Of a DNA stretch of 64,000 bases, positions 19,110 to 28,770 are shown piece by piece (within the stretch, counting starts at the first letter, position 1; each line of letters starts with the position of its first letter). Both the position numbers and the translations under genes were made by a program. This stretch comes from Candidatus Obscuribacterales bacterium (lineage in GTDB: Bacteria > Cyanobacteriota > Vampirovibrionia > Obscuribacterales > Obscuribacteraceae): positions 704,001-768,000 of the forward strand of contig CBDDIJ010000005.1 in assembly GCA_965228855.1 (NCBI GenBank). The letters run 5' to 3'. The notes under the pieces were generated by a model, which saw only the letters and a list, made by a program, of their open reading frames with translations, did not search any database and was not told the origin of the DNA.

Positions 19110-19180
19110 ATAGTGACCGTTGTGATATTGGCCTGTCAATGGGAATTGTCCCATCGGGCTGTGACATTGGTGTGAAATGG
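19110..19180 (-). promoter_or_regulatory. Putative sigma70-type promoter with three TGTGA direct repeats upstream of the low-complexity gene
   Basis: Minus-strand TTGACA at 19134-19139 with a weak CACTAT -10 after an 18-bp spacer; + strand TGTGATATTGG (19121), TGTGACATTGG (19160), TGTGAAATGG (19171). Confidence 0.4.
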
Positions 19181-19364
19181 GTCCGCCGGAACGTCCTTTC
19201 CCAATAGAATCTGCGAAGTGGATTCAGCCACCATCGGCTCTCACTCGTTATATACCCGTCGGTCTGCCCGATAAATCATTCGAGAGAAACAGCCGCGTTC
19301 CTCGTCCCAGTGATACCCCACCCCTCTTGACAGTTATTTATTGAAAATCTCTTACTTTGAACAC

Positions 19365-19400
19365 AAAAGCGCGTCGCTCAGAGCAAACGAAGCTCCGCGC
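19365..19400 (-). terminator. Putative intrinsic terminator downstream of the DAGK-family gene
   Basis: Minus strand GCGCG-GAGC-TTCGTTT-GCTC-(bulge)-CGCGC followed by TTTT. Confidence 0.45.
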
Positions 19401-19458
19401 GTGCCGACCGTCACCGTATTTGGTACCAGAGACTTACTTGAACAACTGGATTCAGATT

Positions 19459-19977
19459 TTAGAACAGACTCAACAGTTTCGGCACAAAGATGATGCCGCC
19501 GACTATCATTGCCGCAAATGAAACGACGAGAACCGCAGATGCTGCCGTATCCTTCGCGCAGCGAGCGGCGTAGTGATATTGATTATTTGCAGATATATCC
19601 ACCAGATGTTCGAGACTGGTGTTGACAAACTCGAGTGAAATAACAAGTGCCATGACGATGATTAAGGCAAACCAGCTCGTAGTGTCAATCTTCAGGGTCA
19701 GTCCGACAATGGTGACAAGCACCGACATCGAAAAGTGAATGCGCAGATTGCGCTGGTCCCGCAAGCCAATCGCGATTCCGTGAAAGGCATGGTAGAACGA
19801 TTCGAAAAGGTTCCCGGCCCGGCCTGATTTTCGGCGCCAACTCGCGGGCACTAGCGGAATAACGTCCGTTCCCGCACGCCTTAGAGGTTTTGGACTTGTA
19901 GGATTCGCTGGTGCAGCAGTTGTTCTTGACTTTCGGCTAAAACGGTCCTGCACGTCTTCCGGTTTCGGATCTCCCAT
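19459..19977 (-). CDS. dgkA: Diacylglycerol/undecaprenol kinase family (DAGK_prokar)
   Basis: SFYHAFHGI..., QRNLRIH, EFVNTSLEHLVD, AKDTAASAVL; downstream of ybeY as commonly seen. Confidence 0.85.
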   Translation of the reverse strand: MGDPKPEDVQDRFSRKSRTTAAPANPTSPKPLRRAGTDVIPLVPASWRRKSGRAGNLFESFYHAFHGIAIGLRDQRNLRIHFSMSVLVTIVGLTLKIDTTSWFALIIVMALVISLEFVNTSLEHLVDISANNQYHYAARCAKDTAASAVLVVSFAAMIVGGIIFVPKLLSLF

Positions 19978-20120
19978 CGCCAGTACTTTTCTCCGAGGCT
20001 ACTTACTCTACATAACCATAATTCGGCGGATCGGTCCCTTGAAATGTCTAATCAACCTTTACAAGCCTTATAAATAGAACGGTTTCTCTCAAGACAAACC
20101 TCATCCCCCATAATTCCAGT

Positions 20121-20627
20121 CTACATCCTGGGATAACCTGCTGCCTGCAATATTTTTCGCTGCCTGGCAAACATTTCCTTTTCGTCCGTTTTAGTCTCAT
20201 GATCGAAACCGAGGACATGCAGCATGCCGTGAACTGTTAGAAACGCCAGTTCTCGCTCGAAACTGTGACCAAGATCCACAGCCTGAGCCTTTGCTGTATC
20301 CATAGAGATAATGATTTCGCCTAGCTCATAGGGAATCTCGGGAGCCGGAGCCTCCGTATCCATGGGAAACGAGAGCACATCGGTCGCCTTATCGAATCCG
20401 CGCCAGAGAGCGTTCAACTCTCTAATTTTTAGATCGGAAACCAGCACGAGACTGAAGATTCCGCGAGCTTCAATCTCTTTTACATTTGCGTCGCTTAACC
20501 AATCACAAGGCGATTCAACAAGATTGCAACAAACCTGTGATGCCAGTTTTTCAGCCATCTCAGCAACATTTGCGAGTTCGACCGAGTGGCGACGTTGGCG
20601 ATTAGAGACCGAGACTTTTGGTGGCAT
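20121..20627 (-). CDS. ybeY: rRNA maturation endoribonuclease YbeY
   Basis: DKATDVLSFP, LGEIIIS, HGMLHVLGFDH zinc motif; start uncertain (20627 or up to 20690). Confidence 0.93.
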   Translation of the reverse strand: MPPKVSVSNRQRRHSVELANVAEMAEKLASQVCCNLVESPCDWLSDANVKEIEARGIFSLVLVSDLKIRELNALWRGFDKATDVLSFPMDTEAPAPEIPYELGEIIISMDTAKAQAVDLGHSFERELAFLTVHGMLHVLGFDHETKTDEKEMFARQRKILQAAGYPRM

Positions 20628-20840
20628 GCGACCTACTTCGTTACCTGATTGTTGCTTGAAAAAGCAGCGCCATGTTAACATACGAAACATTGGAAGCTAC
20701 AAGTGATGACGTAGGCAACATTCAAAAGCCTACGGCGATTTCGCTTTTAGTGTCCGCACCGACTGATTTCGGTGCCCGCGTTCTACTTTTTGCACATGAA
20801 GTAAAGCGCGTCGTAGAAGAGACGGAGCGATCAACTTTCA

Positions 20841-21512
20841 GTGCCCGCAGACAGCAAGCAAGACAAAACCATTGAAGAACTAACGAAACTGGCGGATGAC
20901 GTCATTTCCAGCCTTGGTCTCTTGCTCGTTGCCGTCAACATCTTGCAGCAGGGCAAGCGAAAAGTTCTAAACATCACCATCCACAAAAAAGGCAGTCGCG
21001 TAAGCCTTGATGATTGTGAAAATGTAAGTCGCCGACTGGAAGCCGCTCTCGACGACCGTGCGAATAGCGAAGAAGGACCGATTATCCCTGAAGCCTTTGT
21101 TCTCGACGTCGAAAGCCCGGGCATAGATCGGACTCTCAAAAAAGAATGCGAATACCGAATCTTTCAGGGAGAGACTATCGAACTGAGAATGAAAGAACAG
21201 ATTGCTAAAGTGGAAGGCCTACCTCATACGATGAAGGCAACTCTAGTCGGTCTAAAAGATGACGTGGTAAGCGTCAGGAATCCCAGCTCAATCGTTGAAC
21301 AGTCAAAATCATCGAAGAGCAAAGGAAAAACAGCGAAAGCTGTTGAAACAACACTCAAAGAAGAATTATCAATACCTCTTTCTTCGTTGTACTCGGTGAG
21401 ACTCTATCCGGATCTCTCACTGATCGCTTCGAAAGATGAGGAAGACGCTGAGACAGTGGACGAGGCTGATGAGGCTTACGACGCTGATGAAGCTGATGAA
21501 GCTGATGAATAA
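20841..21512 (+). CDS. rimP: Ribosome maturation factor RimP with acidic tail
   Basis: VSLDDCENVSRRL, LDVESPGIDRTL; immediately upstream of nusA. Confidence 0.9.
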   Translation: MPADSKQDKTIEELTKLADDVISSLGLLLVAVNILQQGKRKVLNITIHKKGSRVSLDDCENVSRRLEAALDDRANSEEGPIIPEAFVLDVESPGIDRTLKKECEYRIFQGETIELRMKEQIAKVEGLPHTMKATLVGLKDDVVSVRNPSSIVEQSKSSKSKGKTAKAVETTLKEELSIPLSSLYSVRLYPDLSLIASKDEEDAETVDEADEAYDADEADEADE

Positions 21513-21589
21513 AACGTTTCGAGAGAAGCGTTTGGAAACCCGTTAACTACAACCTATTACAACTGAATAGAATATGGGAGGAACACCCC

Positions 21590-22720
21590 GTGATTAAAAT
21601 TGGAGACAAACTACTAGAAGCCGCTGAGGAACTTGAAAGAGAAAGAAATATTCCTCAAGAGGAGTTCATCTCATATGTGTGCGACGCTATTGTCGCTGCC
21701 TACAAGAAGAAAGTTCCGGACCACGATGTCGACGGCGTACGGGCAATCTTCGATACCGAAACCGGTGAGATCGGTATTTTTGCACCGAAAGAAGTTGTCG
21801 AAGAAGTCAGCAACGAATATCATGAGATCGCTCTGGAAGAAGCTCAGGACCTCATTCCTGACGTCACCGTCGGCGAAGTTCTCGAAATCGAAGTGACACC
21901 GCAAGACTTTTCTGAATTCGGACGTATCGCTGCTCAAACCGCTAAACAGTTAATCACTCAGCGTTTGAGAGAAGCGGAAAAAGAACTGATCAAGAAAGAA
22001 TTCGAAGCGCGCAAAGGAACCTGCACCACGGGTCAGATCGAGCGTATCGAAGTTATTTCGCACAACCGCAACAACGTAATCGTCAACCTCGGTCGCGTAG
22101 AAGGCTGCATGCCGACTCGCGAACAATTGCCAGGTGAGACCTACCGCGTTGGCAACCGGGTTCGCGTATATGTTTTGGAACTCAGAGAATCCGGTCGCGT
22201 GCCGCAAATCATCGTGTCGCAAGCACACCCGGAACTCGTGCGTGAATTGTTTGAACTCTACGTTCCGGAAATTGAAGACGGAACAGTCGAAATCAAGTCA
22301 ATCGCCAGAGAAGCCGGTTACCGAACGAAAATCGCTGTGCACTCCGAAGACGCAGACGTCGACCCGGTCGGCGCGTGTATCGGTACTCGCGGCGTTAGAA
22401 TTCAAAACGTCGTCGCCGAATTGCGTAACGAAAAAATCGACGTTATTCGCTTCTCTGCGGATCCGGTCGACTATATTTCCAACGCACTCAGCCCTGCTCG
22501 AATCACAACGGTAGCGCTTTACGAAGACGTTCCGGAAAACGGTGGCAAGCGCGCAGAAGTAATCGTCCCCGACGATCAGCTCAGCCTGGCAATCGGTCGT
22601 GGCGGTCAAAACGTGCGCCTGGCGGCGAAACTTACCGGCTGGAAGATCGACATCAAGTCCGAATCTCAAGCTGGCGGAAGTTTCAGAAACCTCAATCAAA
22701 CTCTGGAAGAGCTCGCATAA
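21590..22720 (+). CDS. nusA: Transcription termination/antitermination factor NusA
   Basis: FGRIAAQTAKQ, S1 and KH domains (AREAGYRTKIAV, DPVGACIG, LAIGRGGQNVRLA); GGGAGG RBS. Confidence 0.97.
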   Translation: MIKIGDKLLEAAEELERERNIPQEEFISYVCDAIVAAYKKKVPDHDVDGVRAIFDTETGEIGIFAPKEVVEEVSNEYHEIALEEAQDLIPDVTVGEVLEIEVTPQDFSEFGRIAAQTAKQLITQRLREAEKELIKKEFEARKGTCTTGQIERIEVISHNRNNVIVNLGRVEGCMPTREQLPGETYRVGNRVRVYVLELRESGRVPQIIVSQAHPELVRELFELYVPEIEDGTVEIKSIAREAGYRTKIAVHSEDADVDPVGACIGTRGVRIQNVVAELRNEKIDVIRFSADPVDYISNALSPARITTVALYEDVPENGGKRAEVIVPDDQLSLAIGRGGQNVRLAAKLTGWKIDIKSESQAGGSFRNLNQTLEELA

Positions 22721-22729
22721 CGATACATA

Positions 22730-23092
22730 GTGACAGACAGCCCAACCCGATTATGTGTAGGCTGCCGCAAGATGATTCCAAGAGGAAATCTGATCAGATT
22801 GACCGTGGATCATCGCACCGGCAATGTAACGCTTAACACTCCGGGAGATAAAAATCTCGGAGTGTTCGGTCGTTCAGCCTATCTTTGCGCCAAAGCGTCG
22901 TGCCTGTCCAAAGCCCAGAAAGGCGGAAGACTGCACAAGGCACTTGAAGGACGAAGAAGAGTGAAGCTCGCCAAGAATTCGAAAAATGCGCCAGCTGCCA
23001 AATTAAGCTGGCCTCTTGAGCCACAACTTATTAAGGTGATTGGTGATCTTTGTACAGAAGATGGCAAAACATGCCAAAATACTGTGTACTAA
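22730..23092 (+). CDS. ylxR: YlxR/RnpM-family RNA-binding protein (DUF448)
   Basis: PTRLCVGCR, LIRL, GRSAYLC...C motifs; lies between nusA and infB. Confidence 0.88.
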   Translation: MTDSPTRLCVGCRKMIPRGNLIRLTVDHRTGNVTLNTPGDKNLGVFGRSAYLCAKASCLSKAQKGGRLHKALEGRRRVKLAKNSKNAPAAKLSWPLEPQLIKVIGDLCTEDGKTCQNTVY

Positions 23093-23185
23093 GATACGTG
23101 GGGGCATCTGAGAGCCGACGGATCGGTTCTAGTGTTTCAAGCGCGGAGGAAGCCAGAGTACGACTTTTTCAGGTAAAAGGAAAAA

Positions 23186-26113
23186 ATGGACGATCGAGTT
23201 CGAATTTATGAATTAGCGCGCAAGATGAATGTCCCTAACCAGGACGTCATCACGATCTTGCGTGAGCTCGGTTATGACGTCAAGAGTCATTCTTCTACCA
23301 TCGACAAAAACGCAGTTGGCGCAGTCATCGCTGCGATGAATAAAAAGAGCCAAGCTGCAGAGCCCGCCGCGAAGGACAAAAAAGCATTGCCCAAAGTTTC
23401 AAGCAAGGTACCACCACTCCCAGAGAAAAAAGCACCGGTTGTAAAACCGCGCGTTCTCTCACGTTACAAAAAACCGGATCCGGTTGCCGAAGGTCAAGAA
23501 CCTGCCGACACCGCCGGTCAACCAGCAGCACCAGTGCAAGGCGCGCCCGGGCAACCGGTCGAGCAACAGCGCAGTTCGATGCTGCCCGCCGGCGGCTTAA
23601 CACCGCTACCGGCATCACAAATTTCATCCACGCCGAGACATCCGCGTCCACACACAGCAGATGGAAGACCAGTCGACGCGCAAGGGAAAGACCAAGTAAC
23701 TCAGCAACAGCAACAACAGCAGACTGAGAAACCGGTTCATCAGCCTATGAACCAGCACTTGCCACCACCTGGAGCGAAAGTAAATCTGCTTCCGCCGAAG
23801 CCACCGGAACCTCCGAAGGTTGAAGAACCAGCACCGGAAGTTAAGCCGGAAGAGCCGACATCTACAGAACCAGTTGTAGAAGCCGAACCAGTCAGTCCAA
23901 CAGGCGACTCCTGGTCGGATGAATCGAAGTTCGCGCCCAGAGCAATTCGCAACCTGGACAAACACTTCGAGAAGAAAAAACAAGAGCAACCTAAGAGCAC
24001 GAAGAAAAATCGTCAAGGACGCGTCAGCGGTACAGAACTCGTTGAAGCGGATGATGACGATTCAGTTGATGAAGTTGAAGAAGAAGTTTCAGCAGAAAAA
24101 ACTGCTGAGAACACCAGCGGTGATACCAATGGTGGAGACGCTGAATCTACGGAGCAACTTAAAAAAGGTGCTATGAGACCCATGTCTCCGTCCGTCCCGA
24201 TAAGAGTAGCCGCACCATCAATGAGAGCAACGCCCCCGCGTCCACCTAAGACACACGGTCGCCACACAGCGACCCGCCATCAGAAGAAAGACGAAACTGA
24301 AAAGGTTAAACAAACAGCAGCAGCCGCCCCGGAAGTACCGAAAGTTGTCACCATCGGCGGTAGCGTAACTGTTCAAGAACTGGCCGAAAAAATGTTCGTG
24401 CCGGTACCGGAAATTATCAAACGCCTCTTCATGAAAGGCGTGATGAGAACCGTAAACCAGCTTGTCGAACCGGATCTCGCAAGAGAGCTCGCAGTCGAGA
24501 TGGAATACGAAGTTCTCACTGAAGAAGTGAAGAAAGCCGAAGACCAGGTGGCCAAAGCCGAGCGTCTCGGATTATTCGAAGAAGACGAGAGCAATCTCAT
24601 CACCAGACCGCCGGTCGTCACCATCATGGGTCACGTCGACCACGGTAAGACAAGTTTGCTCGACGCCATTCGTCAAACCAAGTTGAAGTTGACCGAAGGC
24701 GAAGCCGGCGGCATCACTCAACACATCGGCGCATACCACGTTGAGATCGAACACGAAGAAGGCGTACGTCAAATCGTATTCCTCGATACTCCTGGTCACG
24801 AAGCGTTTACCGCGATGCGTGCCCGAGGAGCGCGAGTCACCGACGTGGCGATTCTCGTAGTCGCAGCAGACGATGGTGTCATGCCTCAAACAATCGAAGC
24901 AATAGACCACGCTAAAGCAGCCGGCGTCCCGATCATCGTAGCCGTCAACAAAATCGACAAAGCCGATGCGGATCCGGATCGCGTTCTTTCTCAATTGATG
25001 GAACACGAATTGCTTCCCGACGTATTTGGTGGAGACACAGTAACGGTCAACGTTTCAGCGAAGAAGCGTACGGGTCTCGACGATCTATTAGAAATGATCA
25101 TCCTCGTTGCCGACATGCAGGATCTCAAAGCGAATCCTGATAGACCGGCTCAGGGTGTCATTGTCGAAGCAGAACTCTCACGCGGAAAAGGCGCTGTGGC
25201 TACAGCGCTGGTTCAAAGCGGAACTCTGCGCGAAGGTGACTACATTGTCGCCGGTAGAATCGGCGGACGTGTTCGCGCCTTATTCGACGATCGTGGACAT
25301 CGCGTCAAAGCGGCTGGTCCATCGATGCCGGTAGAAGTTCTTGGTCTCGATGAGGTGCCCCAGGCTGGAGATATCTTCGAGGTTGTAACCGACGCTCAAG
25401 CGCAAAAATCGCTCGTCGAAGAACGTCGAGACAACGAAGTCCGTCGCGCCCATCACGTTTCGCTCGAGTCGCTGCACGACATGGTCGAAAGCGGCGAAAT
25501 GAAAGAGTTGAACGTGATCATCAAGGCGGACGTGCAGGGTACGGCTGAGGCAATCGCTGATTCCGTCCGCAAGCTCAGCGATGAGTTCGTAAAAATTCGC
25601 GTGCTGAGAACTGCATCCGGCGAAATCTCAGAGAACGACGTCAACCTGGCAGCGTCCTCCGAAGCGATCATTATCGGTTTCAACTCAGCGCCTGACCCGA
25701 ATGCAAGAACAGTTGCAGAGCAACAGGGCGTAGATATCAGAACCTACAGCATCATCTATCAAATTACCGATGATTTGCAGAAAGCTATGCACGGTCTTCT
25801 CGAGCCAATCAAGCAAGAAATCAAGATCGGAACAGCCGAAATCCGCGTCATCTTCAAAGTCGGCAAAGGACTGGCAATCGGTGGTTGCATGGTCACGGAC
25901 GGAAAGATTCAACGCAACAGCATTGCCCGTGTCGAACGAGACGGTCAAACAGTTTACGAAGGCAAAATCGATACGCTCAAACGCTTCAAAGATGACGTCA
26001 AAGAAGTCGCACAAGGCTTCGAATGCGGCTTGAGCTTCGATAAGTTCAGCGACATTCAAGAAGGCGACAAAGTACACGCATTCATCATTCAAGAAGTGAA
26101 GCGCGAGCGCTAG
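23186..26113 (+). CDS. infB: Translation initiation factor IF-2 with long Pro/Gln/acidic N-terminal linker
   Basis: RIYELA N-domain, RPPVVTIMGHVDHGKT, FLDTPGH, NKID, ECGL. Confidence 0.98.
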   Translation: MDDRVRIYELARKMNVPNQDVITILRELGYDVKSHSSTIDKNAVGAVIAAMNKKSQAAEPAAKDKKALPKVSSKVPPLPEKKAPVVKPRVLSRYKKPDPVAEGQEPADTAGQPAAPVQGAPGQPVEQQRSSMLPAGGLTPLPASQISSTPRHPRPHTADGRPVDAQGKDQVTQQQQQQQTEKPVHQPMNQHLPPPGAKVNLLPPKPPEPPKVEEPAPEVKPEEPTSTEPVVEAEPVSPTGDSWSDESKFAPRAIRNLDKHFEKKKQEQPKSTKKNRQGRVSGTELVEADDDDSVDEVEEEVSAEKTAENTSGDTNGGDAESTEQLKKGAMRPMSPSVPIRVAAPSMRATPPRPPKTHGRHTATRHQKKDETEKVKQTAAAAPEVPKVVTIGGSVTVQELAEKMFVPVPEIIKRLFMKGVMRTVNQLVEPDLARELAVEMEYEVLTEEVKKAEDQVAKAERLGLFEEDESNLITRPPVVTIMGHVDHGKTSLLDAIRQTKLKLTEGEAGGITQHIGAYHVEIEHEEGVRQIVFLDTPGHEAFTAMRARGARVTDVAILVVAADDGVMPQTIEAIDHAKAAGVPIIVAVNKIDKADADPDRVLSQLMEHELLPDVFGGDTVTVNVSAKKRTGLDDLLEMIILVADMQDLKANPDRPAQGVIVEAELSRGKGAVATALVQSGTLREGDYIVAGRIGGRVRALFDDRGHRVKAAGPSMPVEVLGLDEVPQAGDIFEVVTDAQAQKSLVEERRDNEVRRAHHVSLESLHDMVESGEMKELNVIIKADVQGTAEAIADSVRKLSDEFVKIRVLRTASGEISENDVNLAASSEAIIIGFNSAPDPNARTVAEQQGVDIRTYSIIYQITDDLQKAMHGLLEPIKQEIKIGTAEIRVIFKVGKGLAIGGCMVTDGKIQRNSIARVERDGQTVYEGKIDTLKRFKDDVKEVAQGFECGLSFDKFSDIQEGDKVHAFIIQEVKRER

Positions 26114-26141
26114 TCGCCGGATTCAATACGAGGTTGAGACT

Positions 26142-26495
26142 ATGCAAGGTCAGCGCGCGCTTAGAGTTTCGCAGTCCATCAAGCGAGAGCTTGCTCAAAT
26201 GCTGATGAAGGATCTCAACGATGAGCGCATTAAAGGAATGATTTCGATCGTCGATGTTGAGTGCTCGGCGGACTGCCGTTCAGCGAAAGTGTTTATTTCA
26301 GTTCTCGGAAGCGAGGAAGACGAAAAGAGCACGATGGAAGCGTTGAAGGACAAAACCGGCATGATTCGCGGTGAAATTTGCCGACGCCTTCGTCTGCGTT
26401 TTGCACCTGAGATGATGTTCAAACTCGACAAATCGCTCGAGCGCGGCTCCAAGGTTTCCGAACTGCTCGGCAAAATCGAACGCGGTGAAGTATAA
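26142..26495 (+). CDS. rbfA: Ribosome-binding factor A
   Basis: RALRV...IKRELA, AKVFIS, LRFAPEMMFKLDKSLERG; follows infB. Confidence 0.95.
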   Translation: MQGQRALRVSQSIKRELAQMLMKDLNDERIKGMISIVDVECSADCRSAKVFISVLGSEEDEKSTMEALKDKTGMIRGEICRRLRLRFAPEMMFKLDKSLERGSKVSELLGKIERGEV

Positions 26496-26514
26496 GCGCG
26501 GAATGATTGCGTAA

Positions 26515-27450
26515 ATGGCGATCGGTTTTCTCAACGTTTATAAAGAGCGGGGAATGACCTCGCATGACGTAATCAATCGGTTGCGCAAAATTTCAGGCAT
26601 CAAACAAATCGGCCATGGCGGAACCCTGGATCCTATGGCTGAAGGAGTGATGGCAGTTGCGATTGGCAAAGCGACCCGCTTGTTGCAGTTTTTAAACGAC
26701 GATAAAACCTATCTGGCGCAAATACGCCTCGGACAAACAACCGACACCGATGACGTCGAAGGGAAAACGCTGACGAGCACCGATGTTGTGTCGCATATCA
26801 CGCGTGAAGAAGTCGAGCGCGTGCTCTCTACGTTTGTTGGAAAACAACAACAGATTCCGCCGGTTTATTCCGCGATCAAAAAGGGCGGAATGAAGATGTA
26901 CGAACTGGCGCGTAAAGGCGAGGCACCTGACGAGCTGGAAGCGCGAGCAGTCGAGATGTATAAAGTGGAGTTGCTCTCGTTTGACCTTCCGCACTTGAGC
27001 GTCCGCGTTGCCTGCTCGAAAGGCACTTACATACGCTCTCTGGCACGGGATGTCGGCCGCATACTGGGAGTCGGCGGCTGTTTGTCTGCATTGCTGCGCG
27101 AGCAGTCCGGACCGTTTGAAGTAGCTCAATCGAAGAAACTTGATGAGCTAAAAGAAGCTGGCAGGGAAAATTTTCAAAATTTCCTCCTGCCACTTCAGCG
27201 CGCCTTGGAAATCAAAACAGTTGAGTTGCAGCGAGACTTCGCAAAACGTCTGGCGCACGGACAAGTTTTAGATCGGGAGCAAGCGTCGCTCCCACCGGCA
27301 AACGAAAGCGACATAGACCGCCGTCAAGCATCCGAATCGAAAGAGCTGCTCCTTGCCTCCCTCGAGGGCACACCGGTCGCCCTGGTCCGATTAATAGAAG
27401 GCAAACTCCTGCAACCAGAGGTAGTATTAGTAAATGCCTCCGAAATTTAA
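26515..27450 (+). CDS. truB: tRNA pseudouridine(55) synthase
   Basis: GMTSHDV, IGHGGTLDPMAEG, QIPPVYSAIK, CSKGTYIRSLARD. Confidence 0.96.
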   Translation: MAIGFLNVYKERGMTSHDVINRLRKISGIKQIGHGGTLDPMAEGVMAVAIGKATRLLQFLNDDKTYLAQIRLGQTTDTDDVEGKTLTSTDVVSHITREEVERVLSTFVGKQQQIPPVYSAIKKGGMKMYELARKGEAPDELEARAVEMYKVELLSFDLPHLSVRVACSKGTYIRSLARDVGRILGVGGCLSALLREQSGPFEVAQSKKLDELKEAGRENFQNFLLPLQRALEIKTVELQRDFAKRLAHGQVLDREQASLPPANESDIDRRQASESKELLLASLEGTPVALVRLIEGKLLQPEVVLVNASEI

Positions 27451-28024
27451 TCGCGGACAATTGCTTGCTCTCATTATCGTTATGGAAGCCTTGCTTTTGC
27501 TTGTCGCGACAATCTGGTGCTGGGTAGCCAAAATAGATCTCTTGCCAGTCTTGAGCCTCAACAATCCCGCTATTTTGCTTGTTGGAGTCGGGGTCGGTTT
27601 AGTGATGGCGACGTTTAGCTTCGCCTTAAGCGCCTTTGGGAAACGGTTTCGCCACAAGTTTCCCTTCTTCGCTTCCTTCGAAGAATTCATTCAAGAAACG
27701 CTTGCACCAATTTTCTCAGAAGTAAATCCACTGGATATACTCCTGATTGCTTTGGCATCAGGATTTTGCGAAGAGGTATTTTTCAGAGGAGTCTTACAGA
27801 GCCAGTTTGGACTGGTGATTGCGAGCATCGTGTTCGGCTTGTTCCATGTCACCGGACAAAAGAAACACCTGTTCTACGTTGTATGGGCCGCCCTGGCTGG
27901 AGCGATGCTGGGCAGTCTCCTGATGATCTTTAATTCGCTATGGGTACCGATTATTGCCCACATCATCAACAACTGGTTGAGCATCACGATGATCCGCTAT
28001 GAGATCGGATACCGTCGCTACTAG
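27434..28024 (+). CDS. CPBP (Abi/CAAX type II) intramembrane glutamic endopeptidase
   Basis: GFCEEVFFRG, FGLFH and AHIINN motifs in a multi-TM protein. Confidence 0.9.
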   Translation: MPPKFNRGQLLALIIVMEALLLLVATIWCWVAKIDLLPVLSLNNPAILLVGVGVGLVMATFSFALSAFGKRFRHKFPFFASFEEFIQETLAPIFSEVNPLDILLIALASGFCEEVFFRGVLQSQFGLVIASIVFGLFHVTGQKKHLFYVVWAALAGAMLGSLLMIFNSLWVPIIAHIINNWLSITMIRYEIGYRRY

Positions 28025-28116
28025 TTCCTTTCTGCTCATGCCCAGGTTCAAATCTCACACCAACGAATCAAAGAGCCTGCGCTGATTCTCCAAAGGCCTG
28101 AACCTTGAATGCAAGT

Positions 28117-28148
28117 AAAAAGGGAAGTCGGCTAACCAACTTCCCTTT
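28117..28148 (-). terminator. Intrinsic terminator of the HU gene (may be bidirectional)
   Basis: Minus strand AAAGGGAAGTTGG-TTAG-CCGACTTCCCTTTTT. Confidence 0.8.
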
Positions 28149-28170
28149 AGACATTATCTTTTAGCCGATA

Positions 28171-28614
28171 TTAGCGACGTTTTTTCGCTTTAGCTTTCTT
28201 AGCTGCTGGCTTCGCTTTCGGTTTAGCCTTAGCTGCTTTTTTAGCTGGTTTGGCTTTAGCTTTCGCTTTCGGAGCTGCTGCTTTTTTCGGTTTTGCGGTT
28301 GCTTCTACCGATTTCGGCAATGCAGGGATCTTCGCCTTACCATCGACAATTTGCTTGAGCTCTTGTCCAGCGCGGAAGACTGGAACGCGGGCAGCTGCAA
28401 TCTTCAGTTTCTCATTCGGATTCTGAGGATTGACACCCATCCGTGCTTGTCTTTGACGACGCTCGAATGTTCCGAAGCCTACGAGCGTAACACGCTCGCC
28501 TTTAGCCATTGCTGACGTAAGATGATGCAACAGGGCTGCCACTGTGTTGTGGACATCGAGTTTGGTTTGGCCGGTGACCTTCGCAATCTCGTTTACTAGT
28601 TCTGCTTTGTTCAT
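28171..28614 (-). CDS. hup: HU-family nucleoid protein with Lys/Ala/Pro-rich C-terminal tail
   Basis: MNKAELV, GERVTLVGFGTF, R.GVNP, VPVFRAGQELK; tail of PKKA/AKAK repeats. Confidence 0.95.
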   Translation of the reverse strand: MNKAELVNEIAKVTGQTKLDVHNTVAALLHHLTSAMAKGERVTLVGFGTFERRQRQARMGVNPQNPNEKLKIAAARVPVFRAGQELKQIVDGKAKIPALPKSVEATAKPKKAAAPKAKAKAKPAKKAAKAKPKAKPAAKKAKAKKRR

Positions 28615-28770
28615 GCGTTCATTCCTAAAAACTGCAAGGACAATTAAAAGTCTTTTTCAACAAAAGACTAAATTCAAGGTGAGAGAATAGCATCGTGATA
28701 CTCAGAGTTCAAGGGGTTCTCCAAAGAATTTTTTTTGGACCGAATTCAAAATCGGTAAATTCAATACAGC

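Noticed and set aside
19175..19235. c-di-AMP (ydaO) riboswitch-like words GCTGAATCC...GGCGGACCCA on the minus strand
   Set aside because: The conserved 3' half of the riboswitch is not visible; an Rfam scan would be needed
21436..21509. GA(T/C)GA(A/G)GCT repeats at the end of rimP, and the CAA/CAG run in infB
   Set aside because: In-frame coding low-complexity sequence (DEA repeats, poly-Q); no sign of phase variation
28041..28062. tRNA T-loop-like GGTTCAAATC followed by ACCA
   Set aside because: The T-stem does not pair and there is no upstream cloverleaf
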